A stretch of DNA of 64,000 nt, from positions 1 through 64,000 of the IMG/VR virus record IMGVR_UViG_3300036770_003984; one strand, 5' to 3'. Below are positions 19,384 through 28,314 of this stretch, piece after piece (the first letter of the stretch is position 1; each line of letters starts with the position of its first letter). This DNA is from a virus. The position numbers were made by a program, and so were the translations under genes. The notes below the pieces were generated by a model, which saw only the letters and a program-made list of their open reading frames with translations, did no database searches and had not been told where the DNA came from.

Positions 19384-20445
19384 ATGACACCGGAACAAAT
19401 TTCAAAGATTGAGAAATCAATAGAAAATTTAAAAAACAAAAAATCAGTTATCTATTTTTTAGTTCAAGACACAAAAGGAAATGCCAAAGCGTCAATCACT
19501 TACATTTACAAAATGGCATATACACTACACAAAAACAATCATAGTGTAGTTATTTTACATGAAAAGAGTGATTATGTTGGAGTTTCTTCTTGGTTAAGTT
19601 CAGAGTATATGGAAATACCACATAAATCTATTGAACAACAGAATCTTAACATTGCACCAGAAGATTTTATTATCATACCTGAATTGTATGGTTTTGTTAT
19701 GCCACAAATTAAAAGTTTACCTTGTGGTAAAATAGTTCTTTGTCAAGCTCACGACTATATGTTGGAAACTTTACAACCAGGACAATCTTGGTCAGATTTG
19801 GGATTCCTTAAATGTATTACCACTTCTGAATTTATGAAAGAACATATATCAAACGTAATGAGGTCAGCATCTATTGATGTTATTGAACCAACAATTTCAG
19901 AAGTATTTAAACCTAATGGATTTCCAGCTAAACCAATCATCGCAGTACATTCTAGAGAACAAAGAGATACTTTAAACTTAATTAAAAATTTCTATCTTAA
20001 ATTCCCACAATATCGTTGGATAACATTTAAAGATATGAGAGGTTTAAGTGAAAAAGAATTTGCTCAGACAATTCAAGATTGTTGTTTGGCAGTTTGGATT
20101 GATGATTCAAGTAGTTATGGAACTTTCCCATTAGAAGCTATAAAATCTAATGTTCCTGTACTAGGATTAGTACCAAATTTATTCCCACATTGGATGAATG
20201 AAGAGAATGGACTTTGGGTAAACAATAAAGTTCAAATTGTAGATTTTGTTGCTGATTACTTACAAAATTGGTTAGAAGATAATGTAAATGAAACTTTATT
20301 CACAGGTATGAAAGAAACAGTTTCAAAACTTCCAAATCAAGAAACATTTGAAAATAAGGTTTTAGAAAGATTTGAATCTTATATGTTAAAGAGACAACAA
20401 TCATTTGAAGAACAATTAAATAAATTACAAACAATAGAAGAATAA
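19384..20445 (+). CDS. GT-B (family 4-like) glycosyltransferase
   Basis: IIIPEL, SSSYGTFPLEAIKSNVPVLG motifs. Confidence 0.8.
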   Translation: MTPEQISKIEKSIENLKNKKSVIYFLVQDTKGNAKASITYIYKMAYTLHKNNHSVVILHEKSDYVGVSSWLSSEYMEIPHKSIEQQNLNIAPEDFIIIPELYGFVMPQIKSLPCGKIVLCQAHDYMLETLQPGQSWSDLGFLKCITTSEFMKEHISNVMRSASIDVIEPTISEVFKPNGFPAKPIIAVHSREQRDTLNLIKNFYLKFPQYRWITFKDMRGLSEKEFAQTIQDCCLAVWIDDSSSYGTFPLEAIKSNVPVLGLVPNLFPHWMNEENGLWVNNKVQIVDFVADYLQNWLEDNVNETLFTGMKETVSKLPNQETFENKVLERFESYMLKRQQSFEEQLNKLQTIEE

Positions 20446-20447
20446 TT

Positions 20448-21242
20448 ATGCAAAAATTTGACGTTTCAGTTATATTACCAATTAAGTCCTCAAGTTCAGT
20501 TGAGTTTGATTCTTATTTTGAAAAAGCAATCAATTCGTTAAAAGAACAAAAAACCCAAATAAATGAATTAATAATTGTTTATTGTGAGGAAACAAACTTA
20601 ATTGAAAAACTTGATACTTATGACTTTGGTGATATACAAGTAAAAAAATTGGCTTGGAAGGAAACCCCAAACTTTGCCAATCAAATTAATTATGGGGTAC
20701 AAAACGCATCTTCTGAGTGGGTTTCAATATTTGAGTTTGATGATGAATATTCCAAGATTTGGTTTGATAATGTAAAAAAGTATAGTGAAGTATATGATAA
20801 AGTTCACGTATTTTTACCAATAGTTGTTGATACTGATGATAAAGGAAAATTTGTTGGTTTTACAAATGAAGCTACCTTCGCATTGAACATTGCTACAGAA
20901 ATGGGAATTCTTACTAATGAAGTTTTACAAGATTTTCAGAATTTCCAAATGTCTGGTATGGTTGTTAAAAAACAAACATTCATTGATTTGGGTATGTTAA
21001 AACCATCATTCAAATTAACCTTTGGTTATGAAATGTTTTTGAGATTAACATATAGTGGTGTAAGAATTATGACCATTCCTAGAATTGGGTACAAACATAC
21101 AAATTTTAGAGAGGGTTCAATATTTTGGAACTACAAAAATGGAGAAAATGTACTAAGTCAAAATGAAATTAAATTTTGGATTGACTCAGCTAAAAACGAA
21201 TACTTCTTTACTACAGATAGAGAAATAAAATTTCAAGACTAA
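20448..21242 (+). CDS. family 2 glycosyltransferase
   Basis: VSVILPI, QINYGV, FEFDDEY motifs. Confidence 0.8.
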   Translation: MQKFDVSVILPIKSSSSVEFDSYFEKAINSLKEQKTQINELIIVYCEETNLIEKLDTYDFGDIQVKKLAWKETPNFANQINYGVQNASSEWVSIFEFDDEYSKIWFDNVKKYSEVYDKVHVFLPIVVDTDDKGKFVGFTNEATFALNIATEMGILTNEVLQDFQNFQMSGMVVKKQTFIDLGMLKPSFKLTFGYEMFLRLTYSGVRIMTIPRIGYKHTNFREGSIFWNYKNGENVLSQNEIKFWIDSAKNEYFFTTDREIKFQD

Positions 21243-21250
21243 ACTTTTAA

Positions 21251-21997
21251 ATGTCAGAAAACATTGAACTAACAGGGTCAACAATTTCAGATAAAAAAAA
21301 GGGGAGGAAACCAAAACAAAAAAATTATTTTGACATTCAAGAGGAAACGGCAGTAGTGAAATACCTATCTGCCGAAACTTTTGAAGAAAAGAATAAAATT
21401 TATAATGAATTCCTAAAAGACCCTTTGGATAAAATGATATCTTCAATTATTAGGAGATATAAATTATATAGGAAAGACATTGACTTTGAAGAAATACACA
21501 TTGATACTCACTCTTTTTTATTAACCAAAATTGATAAATTTAAACCTTCAAAAGAAAAGAAGGCCTATTCATATTTTGGTACTATCTGTAAAAATTATTT
21601 GATGGGTCAAATACTCAAAGACCAAAAAGAAACAAATAGAAAAGTTTCATATGAAGATATTTCAAGTGATTTAGAAAATGATGAAAATCTATCTTATAGT
21701 ATAGATAATGAATCTTTTGACTCAGAAACAATTATCCGTAATTTTTTGGTTGAATTAAAAAAAATCACAAAAGAAAAAAATTTAAATGAAAATGAAATAA
21801 AACTTGGGGAAGCACTTATGGATATATTTGAAAATTATGAAACAATTTTTATTGGAACTAACAATAACAAATATAACAAAAACATAATTCTTTTATCATT
21901 AAGGGAAATGACTAATTTAAATACCAAAGAAATTCGTTCAGCAATAAAGAAATACAAAATGATTTATTTGGATATGATTCAAAAAATGATTAAATAA
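21251..21997 (+). CDS. late-transcription sigma factor-like protein (T4 gp55-like)
   Basis: Sigma region-2-like core: LDKMISSIIRRY...KIDKFKPSKEKKAYSYFGTICKNYL. Confidence 0.6.
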   Translation: MSENIELTGSTISDKKKGRKPKQKNYFDIQEETAVVKYLSAETFEEKNKIYNEFLKDPLDKMISSIIRRYKLYRKDIDFEEIHIDTHSFLLTKIDKFKPSKEKKAYSYFGTICKNYLMGQILKDQKETNRKVSYEDISSDLENDENLSYSIDNESFDSETIIRNFLVELKKITKEKNLNENEIKLGEALMDIFENYETIFIGTNNNKYNKNIILLSLREMTNLNTKEIRSAIKKYKMIYLDMIQKMIK

Positions 21998-22008
21998 TAT
22001 TTAATAGT

Positions 22009-22383
22009 ATGCCAAGACCATTAAAAAAAGAAATTAATTTATCCAAGGAATCAATTTTATCCTTGATGCAAGAAATCTACAATGAACTTGTGGAACAAAG
22101 AAACACAGCAATCAGAATTCAAAATAAAATGTTAACTATGATGAAAGAACCTGAAGATATGACACTAATAGGTCCTGTCATTGAAAAACAACAAAAAATT
22201 ATAAATGATTGTGTTGAGAAAAAATTAAGTCTTTCAAAGTTACAAACATCAATGTGGGACAAAAATAATAATAGTAAAGAAAGTTTCTCTATAGCTGATT
22301 TTGACGTTGATAATGATATTATTAAAGATTTAATGGAAAGAGATATTTCCAAAGTAGATAATACATATAAAATGAAAAAATAA
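22009..22383 (+). CDS. hypothetical coiled-coil protein
   Basis: ORF track. Confidence 0.8.
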   Translation: MPRPLKKEINLSKESILSLMQEIYNELVEQRNTAIRIQNKMLTMMKEPEDMTLIGPVIEKQQKIINDCVEKKLSLSKLQTSMWDKNNNSKESFSIADFDVDNDIIKDLMERDISKVDNTYKMKK

Positions 22384-22387
22384 TTAA

Positions 22388-24325
22388 ATGGGACTAGATT
22401 TAGAAAATGATTACTCAAAAGTTAAAGACCAAATTAGTTCTACTAACGCGTACAAAGATTTAAAAGACCAATACGACCAACAAAGAAAAAAAAGAGGTGA
22501 AACTTTTGAAAAAAATATTAGTGATATTTCATCATCTTTAGATCAATTTAAAAAAGATACTAAAAGATTTCAAAAACAAGCCAAAACACAACTTGAACAA
22601 CTTCTTGATATTAATAATATAACAGGAGGTAAAGGTTCGGGTTCTATTGCGTTAATTAAACGATTGTTCCTTACTACTTTAAAAAATATTGAACCAAAAA
22701 TAGCTGAAATTTTAAATGATGAAGCTATTAAAGTTTTGGGTTGTGACCAACAACAAACTTATAGTGGAGAAACTTCATATTATATTAAGATTGCCAGTAT
22801 AGATTTAGGTTCTCTGTTGAAATATAATCCATTGAGTGACGTTGGACGATTAGCTTATGAAAGAAATCCTATTGATGTTCAGATACCTCCATTTTCTATG
22901 AATCGTGAGTTATTTAATAGGATTCAAAATCCAGATGATTCTTTTTTTGACCAATATGGTGTTTTTTATCGTGGTCAATCTGGACAATTTTTATTTGATA
23001 TTAAATATGAAGAATTTGACGATATTGGAAATCCAGGTCCTTGGTTTAAAGTAACTTTGAAGGATAGAGCAAATGGGGTTAATAAAATAATACCTTTTTT
23101 AATTGATTATTATAAGACAATAAAACTAGTTGATTTTAGAAATATTATAGTTGGAATAATGGATGCCTTAACTGGTTGTGTATCTATAAATGCTAGTTTA
23201 GGGATTGAAGAAACTACAAATAAAACTAAAACCAATCTTTTAATAACACGAATTCTTGGTTTATGTTTTGACAATGTTAAAGAAATTGATGTTTCAGGTA
23301 CGGCTAAATTAGCTGAACTAGATAAAATTGATGAAAGTTTTTTTGAATTTACTGATATAGATTTAATTAATATTGAACAAACCGTAAATAACATTGCAAA
23401 TCGTGTTGTTCAATATCAAAATTGTGGTAATGTTAATTTACCTGTTAATGCAACTCAAATAAATGAGGCTTTAGCTTCTTTGTTTTTTGTTGAAGATGAC
23501 CGATTAGTTGATGCTGGGGCTGACATAACAAAGGTAGTTACAGAAAATGAAGAATGGAAAGGTGCTACAATAGGAGGTAATTTACAAATAGCAGTTGATT
23601 TAAATTTTATTAAATTAATTGTACAAGGAATTATATCGGCTTTATTGACACCAAAAATACTACTACCAATATTCGTTATGTTAAAAGTTTTAGGTAAAAA
23701 TTTTCAAGATACGATAGCTGATTTATTTAATTTTATGAAGCTCTTCAAAAGATTTATGATAGATATGGTATCAAGAATAGGGGCTATATTTGTTCAAGAA
23801 TTATTTGACTTAGTTTCTAAAAACATAAAAGAAATTCTTCAAACAGTTATCAGAGATTTAGCAAAAGAAAAGGCGGATAAAAGAATAATAATAATTCTAA
23901 AATTAATTCAATTGTTAATTGTTGTTGCAGATTTTATCCGTGATTGGAGAAAATGTAAAAGTGTCGTTGATGAATTACTATGGTTACTTAAAATAGCCAC
24001 AACTGGGTGGGGTCCAAACTCTTTATTATCAGGATTTAAAGGTACTATACCTTATCCATTACTATTGGCGGCAAGATTCCTAGATGGTTATTCTGAGACA
24101 AGAGCTTTTATTGGCACAGTCGAAGAACTACAAAAATTAGGTATTCCTACAGGACCTATGCCAGATGGAAGTCCCAATTTAGGTTTATTAGCTATGTTTG
24201 GTCAAATGAAAGCTATGGCCATAGAACAAGCTGAAAATGGTAAAGTAGAAATAGCGGTAGACCCATTATCTTTTACACCTGCGGGATTAACGAATGGTAT
24301 TGTTATTTTTGGTAAATCTATATAA
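22388..24325 (+). CDS. hypothetical virion protein with hydrophobic C-terminal helices
   Basis: 645-aa ORF directly upstream of the spike-like gene. Confidence 0.7.
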   Translation: MGLDLENDYSKVKDQISSTNAYKDLKDQYDQQRKKRGETFEKNISDISSSLDQFKKDTKRFQKQAKTQLEQLLDINNITGGKGSGSIALIKRLFLTTLKNIEPKIAEILNDEAIKVLGCDQQQTYSGETSYYIKIASIDLGSLLKYNPLSDVGRLAYERNPIDVQIPPFSMNRELFNRIQNPDDSFFDQYGVFYRGQSGQFLFDIKYEEFDDIGNPGPWFKVTLKDRANGVNKIIPFLIDYYKTIKLVDFRNIIVGIMDALTGCVSINASLGIEETTNKTKTNLLITRILGLCFDNVKEIDVSGTAKLAELDKIDESFFEFTDIDLINIEQTVNNIANRVVQYQNCGNVNLPVNATQINEALASLFFVEDDRLVDAGADITKVVTENEEWKGATIGGNLQIAVDLNFIKLIVQGIISALLTPKILLPIFVMLKVLGKNFQDTIADLFNFMKLFKRFMIDMVSRIGAIFVQELFDLVSKNIKEILQTVIRDLAKEKADKRIIIILKLIQLLIVVADFIRDWRKCKSVVDELLWLLKIATTGWGPNSLLSGFKGTIPYPLLLAARFLDGYSETRAFIGTVEELQKLGIPTGPMPDGSPNLGLLAMFGQMKAMAIEQAENGKVEIAVDPLSFTPAGLTNGIVIFGKSI

Positions 24326-24327
24326 TT

Positions 24328-24546
24328 ATGGAAAAACGAGAAAAAGCTCAAAAAGCGTTAGAAATTGCTAAAGATTATAAGTCACATTCAAACAAAGATT
24401 TAATTTTTGTTATGGACTTTATACTAGAAGATTTTAATCTTACAAAAGAAACTTTATTTAAACTATCCTCACATTTGGATAAACTTGAACTAACATATAA
24501 TTTAATTTTAAAGGAATACCAATCTAGAAACAATGTTAACAAATGA
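24328..24546 (+). CDS. hypothetical protein
   Basis: ORF track; overlaps the next start. Confidence 0.7.
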   Translation: MEKREKAQKALEIAKDYKSHSNKDLIFVMDFILEDFNLTKETLFKLSSHLDKLELTYNLILKEYQSRNNVNK

Positions 24547-26104
24547 TAAACAAATATTTTTTCCAGGTATTGTTTTGGACAATAAAGACCCAATGGTACT
24601 TGGTAGAATTAGAGCGCAACCTGAAACTGAAGATTTAACATCAATCGAAAACCCTTATTTGGGATTTGATAGGACATATGATACTTGGACTGAAAAAGAT
24701 CCTTTAATATTTTTACCATTATTACCAATCCATTTTTATGATGTACCACTAGAAAACGAATATGTTACTTTAATTTATCAAGATAAAAATTTTAGAAGAG
24801 AAAATCAATTTTATATACCTGGACCAATTTCTAGTCCAATGAATATAAAATTTGAGAATTATTTAGGAGCTAAAAAATTTCTTGGAGCTGGGGCTAAAAA
24901 TACAAAAACTTTATCTTTAAAAGATAATAATAATCAATATAGAAAATTAAAAAGTTTTGGCATATTCCCAGAACCTGGTGATATATCAATAATGGGTAGA
25001 GGTAGCACTGACTTAGTATTGAAAGAAAATGAAGTTCTTATTAGAGCTGGTAAAACACAACCACAAAGTTTAAGTCCAAATACTTTTCCTAATAGTAATC
25101 AATATCGTTCTTTTATACAACTTTCAAATTTTACAACAAGGAAAGTTCTTAAAGAACCACAAAACATTAATGTAACTGAAACAAGTAATGTCAAAGTAAA
25201 AAAAATGATTATGTGGGAAGTCTTAAATTTAGAAAATGAGTTTGATAAATTTGTTGGTAATGTTACACTTAGAAATTTTAAATTATCTTCACAATTGGTA
25301 TTTGCATCAGACTTTAAATTAGATACAATTTTAGATTTACGTATTGGTGATGACTATGGAACTCCTTTAGAAGTTTTCACATTTACTGGAATTACTGCAA
25401 ATGAGTTAGGTCAATTGATTACATCAGTTGCTAATTCTCTTTTTGATGGTGTGATTAATATACCTGGATATGAAATTAAAAATGTAAACAATTTTATTGA
25501 AAATAACTCTAACCCAACAACTCCATTTGTAATTACACCATCAGAAAATACATTTAAAGTTGGTTTAAAAAACCAAGATACTACTAGTGGTTTAATTAAT
25601 AGTGTTGAATTAAATAATTATTTAAATATTTCTAGTAATATTCGAGTTAAAGGTAAAACTTCTATAAGTGGTTTTTTATTAATATCTGGTAGAAGTTCTG
25701 ATGGTCAAAACCCACTTTTTGGTCCAATAACTAAAACAAAAAAACAAACAATAGTAAATGCTGATTATTTTGTCTCACCTATAACTTATAGTACAATTGG
25801 AGCACAAAGAATTTATTTATTATCACACGATTCAGATGGACCTAAAGGTAAAATAAATTTAAAAGATACAATTTATGGTATACCTCAAAGTACTTTTACA
25901 GACACAATTGAACCCTTATCGTATCCAACTGTTAGAGGTGATAAATTAATAGAATTATTAGAAAAAATTGTTCAATATTTAACGAGTCATGTTCATCCTT
26001 TTTTTGGTGTCCCACCAGTACCTTCAGCTCCATTGGAAGATATATTAATACAACTTTCAGATGCTTCAAATACTATTCTAAATCAAAATATTCGAATTAA
26101 TTGA
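24533..26104 (+). CDS. baseplate central spike/hub protein (gp5/VgrG-like)
   Basis: N-terminal OB-fold signature GIVLDNKDPMVLGRIRA; C-terminal RGDKLIELL...SHVHP His-x-His tip motif. Confidence 0.7.
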   Translation: MLTNDKQIFFPGIVLDNKDPMVLGRIRAQPETEDLTSIENPYLGFDRTYDTWTEKDPLIFLPLLPIHFYDVPLENEYVTLIYQDKNFRRENQFYIPGPISSPMNIKFENYLGAKKFLGAGAKNTKTLSLKDNNNQYRKLKSFGIFPEPGDISIMGRGSTDLVLKENEVLIRAGKTQPQSLSPNTFPNSNQYRSFIQLSNFTTRKVLKEPQNINVTETSNVKVKKMIMWEVLNLENEFDKFVGNVTLRNFKLSSQLVFASDFKLDTILDLRIGDDYGTPLEVFTFTGITANELGQLITSVANSLFDGVINIPGYEIKNVNNFIENNSNPTTPFVITPSENTFKVGLKNQDTTSGLINSVELNNYLNISSNIRVKGKTSISGFLLISGRSSDGQNPLFGPITKTKKQTIVNADYFVSPITYSTIGAQRIYLLSHDSDGPKGKINLKDTIYGIPQSTFTDTIEPLSYPTVRGDKLIELLEKIVQYLTSHVHPFFGVPPVPSAPLEDILIQLSDASNTILNQNIRIN

Positions 26105-26126
26105 TATTTATGTAATAAAACACATA

Positions 26127-27593
26127 ATGTCAATTAATAATTCTTATTTCAGTAGAAATAACACTATAATACATAAAAGTTATACAAACACAGGTAGTAA
26201 TCCAGTTACTGAAATATTTTATGGAAAAATATTCAATTCTGATTTGCCATCATCTTATAGTAGGTTTATTTTCAATTTGGATTTAACTTTGTTAAAACAA
26301 AAAATAAAAGATAAAACTATAAGTACCAATTGTACATCTGGGTTAACACATACTTTGAGAATGACAAATACAGGTTCATTTAATAGAGAACTATTAAATA
26401 CCAACACATCTCAAGCAAGAAAAAGAGCAACATCATTTGATTTAATACTATTTAGGATTCCATTTATTGACGATGATACTAGTCAACCACAAATTTGGGA
26501 TGAAGGTGTTGGTTATGATTTTAGTGATTTTGTATACGAATTTAATGAATTAGATAGAAATTTTTCTAATAGACCATCAAATTGGTATCAACGAACAACT
26601 ATTAATAATTGGTCTGAAGAAGGATTATATAATAATCAAAATTTAGGTTCTTACCCATACTCCGCACTCACAATTGTAGATGAACAACATTTTGAATTTG
26701 GGGATGAGAATATTGAATTTGATATGACTAATGAAATAAATGATGTATTAAATGGTTCTTTAAGTGGTGTTACTGGTTGGGGGATTGCATATAAACCACA
26801 ATTAGAACTATTATCTGATTTAGATTCAGCGTATGAAGTTCAATTCTTTACAAGACATACTCAAACATTCTATGAACCTTATTTGGAAACATCGTATAAT
26901 GATTTAATAGAAGATGATAGAAATAATTTTACTTTAGGTAAAGTTAATAAATTATATCTTTATTTATACGAAGATGGTAATCCAATTAATTTAGATAATT
27001 TACCCAAAGTCACAATTCTTGATAATTCAGGAAATATTATACCAAGTTTATCGGCAATAACAAGTTGTCAAAAAACCCAAGGGGTGTATGAAGTAACTAT
27101 TCCACCGCTTATTGGTTATAAAACTCCTTGCACATTTTCAGACAAATGGACTGGATTAACTTATAATGGATTTCCATTACCTAATGTAACAAATGATTTT
27201 ACGTTACAACCATTTAAAAATGGATTCACAATTGGTACAAATTCTCAAGACCCTAAAATATATGGATTTGATTATTATGGAATTAAACAAGATGAAAAGA
27301 TATTTAATACCGATATAAGAAAAGTTGGGGTTATTATCAAACAAGCATACACCACTAATAAATTATTACCAAAAGTTAGTGCTTATTATCGTGTGTATGT
27401 TAGAGAAGGACAAACTGAAGTTCAAGTTCAAGATTGGACTCAAATTAATAGAACTCCTAATGAATACTATTTCATCTTTGATACAAGAGATAAAATTCCA
27501 AATGAATATTATATTGATATTAAAGTTGAAAGTAGTGGGGAAATCAATACATATAAAAGACAAATAAAATTCCAAATCGTGAATTATAAATAA
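26127..27593 (+). CDS. putative virion structural protein
   Basis: 488-aa beta-rich ORF, TATTTAT at 26105-26111. Confidence 0.7.
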   Translation: MSINNSYFSRNNTIIHKSYTNTGSNPVTEIFYGKIFNSDLPSSYSRFIFNLDLTLLKQKIKDKTISTNCTSGLTHTLRMTNTGSFNRELLNTNTSQARKRATSFDLILFRIPFIDDDTSQPQIWDEGVGYDFSDFVYEFNELDRNFSNRPSNWYQRTTINNWSEEGLYNNQNLGSYPYSALTIVDEQHFEFGDENIEFDMTNEINDVLNGSLSGVTGWGIAYKPQLELLSDLDSAYEVQFFTRHTQTFYEPYLETSYNDLIEDDRNNFTLGKVNKLYLYLYEDGNPINLDNLPKVTILDNSGNIIPSLSAITSCQKTQGVYEVTIPPLIGYKTPCTFSDKWTGLTYNGFPLPNVTNDFTLQPFKNGFTIGTNSQDPKIYGFDYYGIKQDEKIFNTDIRKVGVIIKQAYTTNKLLPKVSAYYRVYVREGQTEVQVQDWTQINRTPNEYYFIFDTRDKIPNEYYIDIKVESSGEINTYKRQIKFQIVNYK

Positions 27594-27619
27594 ACTTTTG
27601 ATATTTATAAATAAAAATT

Positions 27620-27805
27620 ATGGCAGAATATACTTACCCAATTAGTGCTACAAGTGCAAATACTGAAGTTATTATGTGTGAACTTTGTGATGGTACTGTA
27701 ACACCAGTTACACCCCCACATCCAATATGGACTGATGCTCAAAATAAACCAGTCATTCAATTAAACGCAATTACATTGGGTGGTGTTAATGGATTAAATA
27801 GTTAA
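27620..27805 (+). CDS. small protein with CxxC
   Basis: ORF track; TATTTAT at 27602-27608. Confidence 0.7.
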   Translation: MAEYTYPISATSANTEVIMCELCDGTVTPVTPPHPIWTDAQNKPVIQLNAITLGGVNGLNS

Positions 27806-27810
27806 ATTAT

Positions 27811-28281
27811 ATGAGAATCACAGAATCACAAATCAACAAACTCGTTAAAAAAATAGTTAACGAAAAAGATTATGGAAAAGTACAAAACTATATGTTTTTC
27901 AGTAATCTAGAACAAATGATAAGACAAGCACAATTGTTACTAGAATTAGACCCAATGGAAGTAGAGAAAATTCTTCAAGGTGGTCACGATTGGGCTGATG
28001 ACCATATCGCAACAGCAAAAGAAAACTTAGACCAAGTGTTTGACTTTCTAATGAACGAAACTCAATATTCTGACGAATTCTATGATGAAGAAGAAGATGT
28101 GGTTATGATGGAAGGAAAAAAGAAAACTGGAACAAAATTATGTTCAAGAGGATATAATGCAGCTAAGAGTAAATTTAAAGTTTTTCCCAGTGCTTATAGT
28201 AATGGTTACGGAGTACAAGTATGTAAAGGTGACAAACCTGGATTAGATGGAAAAAAACGTTGTTCACCACCTTATTGTTAA
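27811..28281 (+). CDS. hypothetical (probable head-associated) protein
   Basis: N-terminal MRITESQINKLVKKIVNE; Cys-containing basic C-terminus. Confidence 0.75.
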   Translation: MRITESQINKLVKKIVNEKDYGKVQNYMFFSNLEQMIRQAQLLLELDPMEVEKILQGGHDWADDHIATAKENLDQVFDFLMNETQYSDEFYDEEEDVVMMEGKKKTGTKLCSRGYNAAKSKFKVFPSAYSNGYGVQVCKGDKPGLDGKKRCSPPYC

Positions 28282-28286
28282 AATAT

Positions 28287-28314
28287 AAAAGAGGACATTA
28301 AGTCCTCTTTTTTT
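28287..28314. terminator. bidirectional terminator
   Basis: aaaagaggac-atta(a)-gtcctctttt between convergent genes. Confidence 0.8.
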
